Shown here: positions 39,041 to 51,354 of the stretch, piece after piece
How the letters are laid out: every line of letters starts with the position of its first letter
Numbering within the stretch: position 1 is the first letter of the stretch
DNA from: Scyliorhinus canicula
Lineage: Eukaryota
DNA length: 64,000 nucleotides
Reading direction: 5' to 3'
Assembly (NCBI RefSeq): GCF_902713615.1
Contig: NC_052158.1
Coordinates: 20,642,546-20,706,545, forward strand
Program-made: the position numbers and the translations under genes
Notes under the pieces: model-generated
Databases searched by the model: none
What the model was told of the DNA's origin: nothing
What the model saw: only the letters and a program-made list of their open reading frames with translations

Positions 39041-40189
39041 AGGCTGAGGCAGGTTACTGAGGCAGGGGAAAGAAAGAAAGGAAGAGAGACTCATAATGCA
39101 GCTGGCCGGTACTCACCACAGGCACAGTGGCACATCCCGCGTGCCTTGTAGGAATATATTCACCATTGAGAATGGGACTGCACAGATGGCTGAGGACAGA
39201 TTGCTTCAAGGTACAGAGTGCTTAAAGGTGACCTTTATATTTAAACCGGAAGTTGGAGGTGAGTAGGCGGGTGATTGATTGGTGAGTTTTTAGAATTCAT
39301 CTCTATAAATGGGGCATTACCGGGGACATTAGCGTGTTAAATTTCTAGCTTAGTCAATTATAACTGTAGTATAAGAGATAATGTTGGACTGGAGGACAGA
39401 ATCGCTCAGTGATGCAGAGACACAGGATGGAGTACAGTAATAATCTAACAGAAGCCAGAATGGAGATGGTACCAGAGTCAGTACTTTACCTTGGGGATGT
39501 ATAAAGTTACACGCTACCAATAAATGCTTATTGTTCAATCACACAAGCCTCCAGACCTCAAACACTGAACAAATCCTGTCAACAATCACTACTGATAAGT
39601 TAAATGATAGTCCTAAAATTGATATCTAATTCGCCAAATAAAACAAACACAGGGCAAGTGATATATTGCAGCTGTAGCAGGTGGCAGCTGGCAGACACTA
39701 GTGTGACCCACAATGACCATATCTGCAGTATCTGCTGCTTAAGGAACTTTAGCTCCGACTTGAACTTCAGTCCGAGCTTCAGACACTGATGCTCAGAGAG
39801 GGCCTGCTACCTCGACACTTTATTTGATTTGGTCTGTGGTGAGGGACAGAAGGTTGTGGCTGAACCAGGCAGATGTAGGGAACAAAAGGTGGCAACTGAG
39901 TATCTTCAAACATACCACTATCCAGCAGGGTTCGATGTTCTAGCAGCTTACATGGACGAGAACAGGAGACTGGAGGATGGATGCGCACACAATTCATGCC
40001 ACTCTGGTGCAGGACACCATTCAAGTCGGGGAGTAAAAACGAACAAAGTTGGAGAAAGGGACAGAATTTTATGTGCATTTAGCCTCTCAGTGGAGCGCCA
40101 TAAAATTCCAGCCATTGCAAAATATCCACTGGGAAATAGTGATCATAAATTTTTTTAAATCCACATTGTTTGAAATTGACATACTCCAA

Positions 40190-41490
40190 GCACAAACAAG
40201 AATCTCAAACAAAGCCAATGCCATAAATACGAGGGAAGTGCTGGCCATGGTTAATAGGGAAAATAGACTTAAAGATGTGGCAATAAATAAAGAGTGGGAA
40301 ATATTTAAAAAACAGTTTCAATGCGCAACAAAAATGCACTCTATTGAAAAAATACCTCAAAAGAGAAATATCCACCCATAGCAGGTTAAAGATGGTATTA
40401 AATTAAGAGACTTATAATGTTGCAAAGAACATTAGCATGTCTGAGGATTAGGAGTGTTTTAGAAACCAGCAAAAGGTCACCAAAACATTTGACAAAGGAA
40501 AACTGTCACAAGTGCAAACTAGATATAAAATCAGACGAAGAGCTTTAACAAGCAGATAAAAAAGGAAGAGAGTAGCTGAAGTAAATATTCGCCCCTTCAA
40601 GAGACAATGCAAGTTTTCAGGAGGAAATGGCAGAAACATTGAACAAACAGTTTGCGCCTGCCTTCAAAGTGAAAACACAAGTTACATACCAGATATTTGC
40701 GGGTAAGCCAAGTTTTAAACTGAGTGAAGAACTTAAAGTCATCAATATCAGTAGAGAAAAGGTACTGGAAGAATTTGAGGAACTGGAATACTGCAGACCC
40801 TCAGGACCGGAAAGCCTACATCCCATGGTTTTAAAGAGATAGCGACAGAGACAAGGTGAATGAGCTAGCTATTATTTTCCAGAATTTCCCTAGATCCTGA
40901 AACAGTCTCAGCAGATTGCAAGTTAGCAAAAGTAACACCGTTATTCAAGGATGGAGAGAGAAAACAGGGAATCTACAGGCCAGTTACCCGACATCAGTCA
41001 CTGGGAAAGTTGTGAAATCATTTTTGTGGAATTTATTTTTAAGGCAGTCTTACCAACTCACTTAGAAGAGCAAATGGCATTTTGGGCTTTATTGCAAAGG
41101 GCGTGCAGTAAAGGAATAAGAGGGTATTGCTCCAGTATCCAGTGCTTTGGTGAGTCAACACTTGAAATACGATGTGTAGTTTTGATCTCCATATTTAAGA
41201 ATATAATTGCATTGGAGACAGTACAGCGAAGGTTCACTAGATTGGTCCCAGGGATGACGAGGTTGACCTATGCTGAGTTGAGAGGGCTGGCCTGTAATGA
41301 GATGGGAGACTGAGTAAATTGGGTCCACGTTCTCATACAATTAGAAAAATGAGAGGTTATTCTATTGAAACATTATTATGAAGTGGCTTGGGAAGGTCGA
41401 CACTGACTGGGCAATTTAGGACTCAGATGAGAAGGAATTTCTTCAAAGAGTTGTGAACTGTTAAAATACTTTATTGCAGAGAGTTGTGAT
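40190..41490 (+). mobile_element. Degenerate CR1 LINE fragments
   Basis: gcattggagacagtacagcgaaggttcactagattgg ([12 protein letters not shown]) and upstream RT motifs. Confidence 0.8.
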
Positions 41491-41775
41491 GCACAGTGAA
41501 TATATTTAGGACTAAGGTATCCCGATTTTCTTTTTGCTTCTCAGAGATTTGTCAAAGAGGCACAAAGGTGAAGTGAATATATTGAATAGTGCAGCAGGCC
41601 GAGCAGGCTCTCTAGTGCTCTCCTGCTCCTGGTTCTTATGTCAGTCTTGGATTAGTGAGTAGCATTCTCATCTCTGAATCATAAGGCCGTGGGTTCATGC
41701 CCCACTGTAAAATACTTTGGAAGCCGTGTAAGGAAAGCTGCTACATAAATGCAAACTAGTAACTTCTTTTCTCAC

Positions 41776-41797
41776 CCAGTAAACTTTTCTTCAAAGC
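41776..41797 (-). CDS. TRIM B exon 4 equivalent, 22 bp rather than 23 bp
   Basis: gtgtcttgtag|GCTTTGAAGAAAAGTTTACTGG|gtgaga; one base short of restoring phase with exon 5. Confidence 0.55.
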
Positions 41798-41915
41798 CTA
41801 CAAGACACTGAGCAAAGAGCAACAAAGGTGAAAGAGGAGGAGTGTGGAGCAGGAGTGGAAGGGTGCAGCTTACTCCACGTTTTCCCACAGGCTGCATGGC
41901 CGGCCAGCCTCTTAC

Positions 41916-42149
41916 CTGAAGCAGCTCCAGAGGCTCCGTAAGGCTCAGCTGCAGCCGCACATCCAGGATGGCCTGCTCGATCGTGGAGGTTTCTTGGTGT
42001 ATCTTTGCCAGGTTTTCCTGCAAAGGCTCAATGGTCCGGCACACCTCCTCGTCAATCTGCCACTCCAGTTCCTGCTTTTTCGCATCTAGAAATTGATAGA
42101 TGGTGACCATATCGGCCTCAACCCGTTCCTTCAGCATTGTGCCTTGTTC
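41916..42149 (-). CDS. TRIM B exon 3 equivalent (234 bp, coiled coil)
   Basis: ttttcacccag|GAACAA...CTTCAG|gtaaga; EQGTMLKERVEADMVTIYQFLDAKKQELEWQIDEE...LELLQ. Confidence 0.92.
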
Positions 42150-42839
42150 CTGGGTGAAAATGACTCGGCACAGTCACATTGCAGTTGTGTTTAGTCCTAC
42201 CTTCCCTTCTCTCCCACCCTGAAACTCCCCACCACTGCACGACACGACCTGAATTACGGTTCTAAGAGTGCTGACTATCCTATGATAGTCTGCAGAGGTA
42301 ACCCAAGGCAGTCAATATTGGACCCCCAGAGTCACCAATGTGTAGTGCACAAGATGCACTGTGGCAACTGCTAAGCTTTGTTCAACAGTATCCTACAAAC
42401 CTTTACATCTACCACCTAGATAGACAAGACAAGCACAGCAGACACGTTGGGACATCACCACCTGCAAATTCCTCCCCCACACACGCCATGCTGACCTGGA
42501 ATTGAATAGTCATTCCTTCACAATCTCCACATCTAAAACCTGACATTCCACTTTCTAAAAACACTGAGGGTACAAGCATCAGATGGACTACAGCGGTTAA
42601 AGATGCCTCACCAGCTTCTCAGCGGCAATCAGGGAAGGACAACAAATGCTGGCCAGGCCATTGACGCACACATCCACAGAAACATAGAATTCCTACAGAA
42701 CAGGAGGCCATTCAGCCCATCGTGCCTGCATTGACATACTGAAAAAGCATCCTACCTACCACTGTGCTACCCATGTTCTTCCTGGTCAGACATGACATTT
42801 TTATGAAATCCATGCAATTTTAAAAAACATCCCCGAAGG

Positions 42840-44020
42840 ACCCACCGAGACTCTCGGCATTGCCTCACTACAAACAGCAATTCACCCTCCGTGCACCCTC
42901 CATGTTAACCTCTTCAATCGCCCATTGTGTCAATCGCATAAACAAGGTCATTTCGGATCACTTCTTCGCATCACTCTCCACTCGCATCCCTCTACCCTGC
43001 TCCATTCCTGCTTCCTCAATCTTCGCAACAGGGAAGAGGAAACGGCCCAATTTACTTCCGACTGCATTTTCCAAATCTCCCCACAACATTTCGGCAGCTG
43101 CTGCTTTGTTCGACCAACTCTCCACAGGGACTGTCCCAAACTCCAAATCTGCTGCAAGCACCCCCCCACCCTCACTCTAAAAAAAATAACCTATTCATTT
43201 GGGTAAGCTACCATCTCATCTTCAGCTGCCTTTTCCTCACCCAATTTCAGTATGTCAGTGTCCCAAAATAGTGCCCGTCGTTCCCAGAACTCCAAGTTTG
43301 AAGTCTCCCAATCAGGTTTCCGCTCCTGTCACAGTACTGAAACATCTCTCAAAGTCACAAATGGCATCCTCTGTGACCCTAACAAGGAAAACAATCCTTC
43401 CTTGTCCTTTTCAACTTGTCTGCAGCCTTTGACACAGTTGACTCTTTCATACTGTACAGCTGGGTGAGATGGTACTCACCTGATTCCATTCTTGTCTAAC
43501 CATAGGGTAAGGATACCACTTGGAATGGCTTCCCTTCCTGCTCTTGAACCATTATGTCTGGTGCCCCCACACCCCATTCTAAATCTCATCTACATGCTGC
43601 CCTTTGGCATGATCTGAAAACACAGTGCCAGTTTTTACAGACACGGTGAACACCCAGCTCTACCTCACCATCACTTTTCTTGACCCTTCCACTGTCCCCA
43701 AGTTACCAGACTCGATGAGCAGAAAGTTTCCCCAGTTAAATATTGGGAAGATCAAACCCATTTGAGTTTAGCCTCCCCTCTCAAACTCCATTCCCTGGCT
43801 ACTGACTATCTCCCTGGCATTTGCCCGTGCCTTGCAGCCTTGGCATCGTATCTGATCCCAAGATGAGTTGCCATCTACCAATACACAGTAGCACTAAGAC
43901 CAGCCATTTCCACCCGAGTAAAACCATCCCTGCCTCACCTCATCTCGTGCTGAAACCCTTGTCCCTGCCTTTGTTACCTCGAGACTATCCAAACATGCTC
44001 CTTGCTGGCGTCCCACATTC
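42840..44020 (+). mobile_element. L2-clade LINE RT fragment
   Basis: QSGFRSCHSTETSLKVTNGIL followed by tctgcagcctttgacacagttgac (SAAFDTVD-like). Confidence 0.75.
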
Positions 44021-46182
44021 TACCGCACGGTAGCACAGTGCTTAGCACTGTTGCTTCACAGCGCCAGGGTCCGAGGTTCGATTCCCAGCTTGGTTTACTG
44101 TGTGTGTGGAGTCTGCACATTCTCTCTGTGTTTGCACGGATTTCTTCCGGTGCTCCGGTTTCCTCCCACAAGTCCTGAAAGAACTTGCTGTTAGGTCATT
44201 TGGATATTGTGAATTCTCCCTCAGCGTACCCGAACAGGCGACGGAATGTGGCAACTCGGGGCCTTTCACAATAACTTCAATGCAGTGTTAATGCAAGCCT
44301 ATTTGTGACAATTATTATTGTACCCTGTGCAAAATAGAGGTAATCCGAAACTCTTTTCTTTCCCCTTTTCTCAAATATATTTGTTTATGGGTTGTCCCTG
44401 GTTCGGCCCAGCATTTATTATCCATCCCTAATTGCCCTTAAGGACACGGTGGTGAGCTGCCTTCATGAACCGCTGCATTCCTGTGGTGTAGGTACATCCA
44501 CAATGCTGTTAGAGAGGAGGTTCCAGGATTTTGACCCATCAACAGTGAAGGAACAAGGATACAATTACAAGTCAGGATGGTGAGCGGCATGGAGGGGAAT
44601 TTACAGGTGATGGTGTTCCCACGCTTTCAGATGTTCTTATCGATACAGATGGTATTGGCAGCAGGCTTACCTGTACCAAGTCCCACTCACCCATCTACCC
44701 TGTGTTCACTGACCCACACAGGCTTCAGGTTAAGCAATGTCTCAATTCTAAATTCATCGTCACGGTTTCAAATCCTTCAATGACCTCGCCCCTCACCGTC
44801 TCTATCATCTCCTCCAGCCCCACATCTCAAGCTATCTGGGCTCCTCAAATTCTAGCTCTGGAATTCCCACCTTTCCAATTCCCTGCCTCTCTTCCTTCTA
44901 AGACTCTCCTTAAAACCGTTGCGTTTGGGCAGCACGGTGGTTGCCACTGGTGCCTCATGGCGTTGAGGACTCCAGTTTGAATCTCACCTTGGGTCACTGT
45001 CCGTGTGCAGTTGGCACATTCTCCCCGTGTCTGCGTGGGTCTCACCCCCACAACACAAAGATGTGCAGGGTAGGTGGATTGGCCACCCTAAATTGCCCCT
45101 TAATTGGAAAAAAAATAATTGGGTGCTCTATTATTTAAAAAACATTTATGTTTGAGCAAGCTTTAGGTCACCTTCTCTATTATCTCATGTGGCTCAGTGT
45201 CAAATCTTGCTTAAAAATGCAATTGTGAAGCACTCTTTCATAAAAGACACAATATAAACATATATTGTTGCTGTTTTATGCTTGATGGTCTGTCTCTGAT
45301 TTTAAGTTTATATCCATTTGCCCTGACCACCCCCACAAGTGGAAACAATTTCTTCAAACTCCAAAATACTTCAATAATCAGATCTCAACCATTTACATCC
45401 CAGGGAGCCGAATTTATGCAATCGCTCCCCATAATTTGACCTATGGAGTCTCTGAAAGATTCACCAGAATGTTACTAAGTTAATCGATCATTTTGAGGAC
45501 ATGCTGTCCATAATTGGGCACTGTACTCCAGATGTCTAACCAGGGCTTTGCAAAGCTGGAGTACAATGTCCTCCCTCTTATATCCCAGCTCTCCAGATAT
45601 AAAGGCTAAAACTGCACTCTATTTCTTTTCCTGTCGTACTCGGCCACTATATTTTAATCTTCTGTGCAGAGGTCCCCAGATCACTTTTGGCCTCCTTTGT
45701 TCCTTGCTTTTCAGCATTTCAGTAATTCTCAGGCGTGGTCTAAAGCTGCGGCCCACTACTTATAACGCCAAGGATTCCATATCTATTTTTATAAATCTAG
45801 AGTATCCAATTCTTTTTTTCCAATTAAGGGACAATTTAGTGTGGCCAATTCACTTGCCCTGCACATCTTATTGGTGTGTGGGGGTGAGACCCACGCAGAC
45901 ATGGGGAGAATGTGCAAACTCCACACGGACAGTGACCGGGATCGAACCCAGGACCTCGGCGCCGTGAGTCAGCAGTGCTAGCCACTGTGCCACCATGCTT
46001 CCATATGCATTTTTAAGCTAGTCAAACTACAAAATAGCTGTTGGGACTTTTCCCATTCAGTACAATACTTAAAGACATTACAGTACTGGCACATTCGTGT
46101 TTGCTCAGAAGCGGCTCAAAGCATCCTCCACCTAGAAAGCTGAAGGAAGAGACCCAACCACAAGCAAGGGCATGACTCTCAC

Positions 46183-46278
46183 CTTTATTTGACAAATCTT
46201 TGCCTCTTCTTGACTTTGGCTTTGGCAGACCTGCTCCTTCTGGGACTCAAGAAAATTGATGGCTTGTTCCAATTTTCC
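46183..46278 (-). CDS. TRIM B exon 2 equivalent (96 bp)
   Basis: tttctcctgcag|GGAAAA...ATAAAG|gtgaga; GKLEQAINFLESQKEQVCQSQSQEEAKICQIK. Confidence 0.92.
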
Positions 46279-46399
46279 CTGCAGGAGAAATAGTGAGATT
46301 TGTAAAGGTTAGGCTTGCGTAGACTATCAAACCAATTAACAAAAGAAATAGGAGTGGGCGACCATCCTCTATAGCTTGCTCCAGCTCTATAGCTCGCTC

Positions 46400-47485
46400 C
46401 AGCATTCAATCTGATCCTGGCTTCTTATCCTGATCTTTAGCTTCAACTCCATTTTCTTGCCTGCTTCCCATATCTGTTGAGTCCAAGAAACCAAACTACT
46501 GTCTATTTCAGCTTCAGATTTAATTCAGGATGGAGCTCTCACAGTGCTGTAAGGTAGACAATTCCAAAGATTTATAACCCTTTGAGTTAAGTTATTTCTC
46601 ATCATCTCAGCCCTAAATCATCATTTTAATTGGAGATTGGGCCACATGTTCGAGCTTCCTCAGCCAAGGGAAACACCTTCTCAGTGTCTGTCCCGTCAGG
46701 CTTGAATGTTTCTAACTGATCACCTCTTTTAAATGCCACAATGTGTATGCCCACTTTACTCAGCCTCTCACATTCTGACAACCTTCGTCATACCACCAAG
46801 AATTACATTCTTTAAAATGAAGATTAAACTGTATACAGTACTTCAAGTGTGGTCTCACCAACAACGTATACAATTGCAGCAAGACTTCCTAATTCTTTTA
46901 CTCCAATCTCCTTGCGATATAGACCAACACGCCACTAGCCTTCCGAACACCTTGATATATCCAAACGTAAGCCTTCTGTGCTCTTTGCACAACAGCCAAG
47001 TTTCTCTGAAGATCAACATTTAGATGTTCCAAACCTATTATAAAATAGTCTGCTTTTCTATTATTATGACCAAAGTGAATAACCTCAGTTTCCCCACACG
47101 GGTACTCCATCCGCTACCTTGTTATCCACTCACTTAACCCATTTCTATATTTCTTTGCCGTCTCTGTGTCCTCCTCACAGCTAACATTCCCACCTAGCTG
47201 TATTGCCACATTCATTCAAGTCATTAATATCGGTTGCAAATATTTGAGTGTTGACCCGCTACGCAAGACTGAAAATGCTCCATGTAGCTCCGCTCTCTGC
47301 TTCCTGCCTATCACTCAATCCTCCGTCCAGGTTAATATATTACCCGCAATCCCATACGCCTTTATCCTCGAATATTCATCTTTTCACTTGGCAACTTCGC
47401 GAATATTTTTTGGATGTTCAATATTACATCTATTGGCTGCGTTTTACCTAACCTCCCAGCTGTTTTCTCAAACAAACTAGAGTAC
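46400..47485 (-). mobile_element. Degenerate CR1 LINE fragment
   Basis: gtatacagtacttcaagtgtggtctcaccaa and EVIHFGHNNRKADY motifs. Confidence 0.75.
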
Positions 47486-47721
47486 AGGCGGCACGATGGC
47501 GCACTGGTTAGCACTGCTGCCTCATGGCGCCGAGGACCCAGGTTCGATCCCGGCCCCGAGTCAGTGTCCGGGTGGAGTTTTCACATTCTCCCCATGTCTG
47601 TGTGGGTCTCAGTCCCACACCCGAAGATGTGCAGGGTGGGAAGATTGGTCACGCCTTATTGCCCCTTAATTGGGGAAAAAATGAATTGGCTACTCTAAAT
47701 TTATAAAACAAAGAAACCCAA

Positions 47722-48182
47722 CCCGATACGGGACGCGGACAGGAGGGTGCGGCCGATACGGGACGCGGACAGGAGGGTGCGGCCGATACGGGACGCGGGC
47801 AGGGGGATGCGGCCGATACGGTACGCTGGCAGGGGGATGCGGCCGATACAGGACGCGGGCAGGGTGGATGCGGCCGATACAGGACGCGGGCGCGACCGAT
47901 ACGGGAGGGGGGGTGCGGCCGATACGGGATGCGGGCAGGGGGATGCGGGCAGGGGGGTGCGGCCGATACGGGGCGCGGGTGGGGGTGCGCGGTACAGGAT
48001 GTGGGCAGGGGGGTGCGGCCGATATGGGATGTGGGCAGCGGGGGTGCGGGCGATACAGGACATGGGCAGAAGGGTGTGGGCGATACAGGACACGGGCAGG
48101 GGAGGTGCGGCCGATACAGGACGCGGGGAGGGGTGTGGCGCAGATATGGGACACGGGCAGGGGGGTGCGGCCGATACGGGAG
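47722..48182 (+). repeat. CpG-rich ~30 bp minisatellite (gggggtgcggccgatacgggacgcgggcag)
   Basis: About 15 tandem units in the intron following the TRIM B RING exon. Confidence 0.92.
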
Positions 48183-48320
48183 AGGTGTGGGCTTAACGGA
48201 TCCCAGGGAGTGTACTCAGAGTATACTTCCTGCCCCTTGTATGTTCCTGCAGTCTGCATATCCTACAATCCTCTCTGAACCCCGTTCACCCAGCATCCCT
48301 ACATATCCACAGCCTCTCAC

Positions 48321-48733
48321 CTTATAGACGACAGCAGCCTCCTCGATAGGGATGAAAATGTGACCCTGGTGTTCTTTGGCACAGGAGCACACCACACAGA
48401 TGGCCCCCTGGCAGTCCTGGCAGAAGAGCTTCCGCCGCTCCTCGTGCTGCTGGCAGTAGAAGGCAGGGTTGTCCTGGTGAGGCTGCAGCTTCAGCTCCCT
48501 CACCCCCTCCACGATGTTGGCCAGCATGCGGTTTGGCTTCATCTTCTTTTCCCGGAACCCCTCCCTGCACTCGGGGCAGGAGTAGAAAGCGTTGCCCTGT
48601 TCCCAGCTCCTGGAGATACAGAGCCGACAGAAATTGTGTTCACATTCCAGTGTCACCGGCTCCTGGAAGAAATCCAGGCAGATGGAGCACGTGACTTCAC
48701 TGAAGAGTCGGTTAACTGTAGCCATTCTCAAAC
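48321..48733 (-). CDS. TRIM gene B RING + B-box2 exon
   Basis: Acceptor ttctttccaaatag|GT at 48733; ATG at 48725; CSIC...CEHNFCRLC...CPEC RING; CQQHEERRKLFCQDCQGAICVVCSCAKEHQGH B-box; donor AAG|gtgaga; 405 bp from the ATG as in TRIM A. Confidence 0.95.
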
Positions 48734-49039
48734 CTATTTGGAAAGAACGTCCTGCCAATTCCAATCCTTCTCAAATATCCACCTTAAAATAATATATAAA
48801 ATATCAAAATTAATATGCATATACATTATAACTGACCATTCCATTCCCCTTCATTTCTAACTAAGTGAAGATTTTAGTACCACGCAGTCGGTCGTGCTTT
48901 ACTCAGTAACACTCTCCCTGAAGCTAGAAGGTCGTGAGGTCAACACACACTCCAGAGGCTAGAGACACAACCTGAGCTGACGCTGCAGCCTGGTACCGAG
49001 GGTGCAGAAGGCAAAGGGTAGCTGCAGAAGGGTGTTTTT

Positions 49040-50010
49040 CTGAATGGCAGGTTGTGACTAGTGATGTTCCACAGGGATCTGTGCTGGGGCCTCTGTTGTT
49101 TTTGTGGACAGAAACTACTTGGAGGAAAATGTAGCTGGTCTGATTAGCAAGTTTGCGAACGTCACCAAGGTTTGTGCAGTGGCAGATAGTGTTGAGGACT
49201 GTCAGAGGATACAGCAGGACATAGATAGGTTGGAGACATGGGCAGAGAAATGGCAAATGGAGTTTAATGCAGACAAATGTCAGGTTATGCACTTCGGTAG
49301 GTCTAATTACACCATATAGAAAGTCAGAGAGATCTGGGCGTGCAGGTCCACAGATCTCTGAAAGTGGCAACACAAGTGGACAAGTTAGTCAAGGAAGCAT
49401 ACAGAATGCTTGCCTTCATTGGATGGAGCATCAAGTATAAAATCTGGCAAGTCATGCTACAGTTGTATAGAAACTTGCTAAGGCCGCACTTGGAACATTG
49501 CACACAATTCTGGTCGCCACACTAGCAGAAGAATGTGGAGGCTTTGGAGGGTGCAGAGGAGGCTTACCAGGGTGCCTGGTCTGGAGGGTGTTAGCTATAC
49601 AGAGAGGATTAATGGACGTAGACTGTTTTCATATAACAAAGGAGGTTTGGGGTGACCTGATTGAGGTCTACACAATTATGAGGGGCATGGATAGAGTGGA
49701 TGGGCAGGCACACTTTCCCAGGGTGGGGGGGGCAGTCACCAGGGGGCATAGATTTACGGTCTGTGTGGCAAAGTTTAGAGGAGACGTGCCAGGCTTTTGT
49801 TTTTATACAGAGGGTGGTAAGTGCCTGGAACACATTGCCAGGGGAGTTTGTGGAAGCAGATACATTAACGGCATCTCAACAAATACATAGATAGGATGGG
49901 TATAGAGGGCTACGGCACAAGGAAGTGCTGAGGGTTTTGGCCAAGGATGGTATCATGACCGGTACAGGCCGAAGGGCCTGTTCCTGTGCTGTATTGTTGT
50001 TTGTTCAGTG
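49040..50010 (+). mobile_element. CR1 LINE 3' portion
   Basis: LISKFANVTKV...RLETWAEKWQMEFNADKCQVMHFG and LRPHLEHCTQFWSPH. Confidence 0.9.
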
Positions 50011-51300
50011 GAACTGGCTTTCAGAAGGGCTGTTCAAACCGCGGTCTCCTTCTGCTTTCTAACTTGGCATCATGAAGACCAGAGGAGTCCTCTTCCATAA
50101 CTTGGGTCAGTATTTGTCCCTTATCAAACATCACTTAAAAAATATATATAATTATCAGGTCATCACTGTCTGTGGGCTACTGCTGTGTTTGCTCAAAAAT
50201 GAGTAGACCGTAATTCATTCGCTGTAAAGCACTGTGGGATATTCCAATGACATTATGTACGATGCCACTATGTAAGTCAATGTCATTTTTAAGTGGAGCT
50301 GACAGCATAGAGAAGCCATTGAGCCCAACATGTTAAAGGTTCTCTCTCTCTCTGCTTCAAATATTTATATAAATTGTCCTAAGTTGCAATAGTTTCTACT
50401 TCAACCTCACGCTCTCACTGTGGTAAAGCACTCTATACTCCAACAATTCTAAGTAGATACATTTACTCTATTAACGCGACACTTCATTATTGACACCCTA
50501 ACAGGAGAAACATTCTCTCCGTGAGAAAATACTCAATCGTTTTGAAATCCTTCATTAAATCTCATCTTCTCGGCGGGCAGCACGGTGGCTCAGTGGGTTA
50601 GCCCTGCTGCCTCATGGAGCCGAGGTCCCAGGTTCGATCCCGGCTCTGGGTCACTGTCCGTGTGGAGTTTGCACATTCTCCTCGTGTTTGCGTGGGTTTC
50701 GCCCCCACAACCCAAAGATGTGCAGGATAGATGAATTGACCACGCTAAATTGCTTCTTAATTGGAAAAAAATGAATTGGGTACTCTAAATTTTAAAAAAA
50801 GAGCAAAAAAAAAATCTTCTCCCCTCACAGCTATGGTTCGAGATATTTGTTAAATAATGTTCACCTACACATATCTAATTACCTTACTTAATCTCTTGAT
50901 ATATATAAACACACACATATATATATAATATATATATATATATTAAATCGTCTGCCTTTCCCTCCCCCAGCATTTGGGTGACAGTAAAGTGTGAGACTAA
51001 TTTTTTTTTTGGGGGGCGGGGAAAAGGCAGAGTTTAAAAAGCAACCGTCCTTCTGTGGATCAGGAGGTTGGGCTCTTGGGACAGGAGAAAACTTCTCAAA
51101 CTTGGGAGTGCCATTTCCCCCCTACCTCAGCAACAGTTATTACTGATTGGATTTGTTTATTTTCTAACACTGAAAGATCCTCAGGCCGTCGATTTACTTT
51201 TTGCACCATTTCCCGCCGAGACACTTTCTCCCCCCCCCTTTAAATGAGGAGGAGGGGGGCAGACACTCACAAGCAATGTGTGGTGTTCACCTTCACTTAC

Positions 51301-51307
51301 TCGCCAT
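51301..51307 (-). CDS. Predicted first coding micro-exon of TRIM B (ATG GCG A)
   Basis: gaacATGGCGA|gtaagt: strong Kozak and consensus donor; joins in frame to 48733 giving MASLRMATVNRL. Confidence 0.6.
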
Positions 51308-51341
51308 GTTCACAGCAACTCTGCAAACTACAGGGGGAGTT

Positions 51342-51354
51342 GCTTTCACTTTCC
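51342..51354 (-). promoter_or_regulatory. ISRE / IRF-binding element at the predicted TRIM B promoter
   Basis: GGAAAGTGAAAGC matches GAAANNGAAA, ~35-47 bp upstream of the predicted ATG. Confidence 0.6.

Noticed and set aside
39118-39223. Extra TRIM B exon ending at a strong gtgagt donor
   Set aside because: Stops in every frame from the nearest acceptor, and no TRIM-like sequence.
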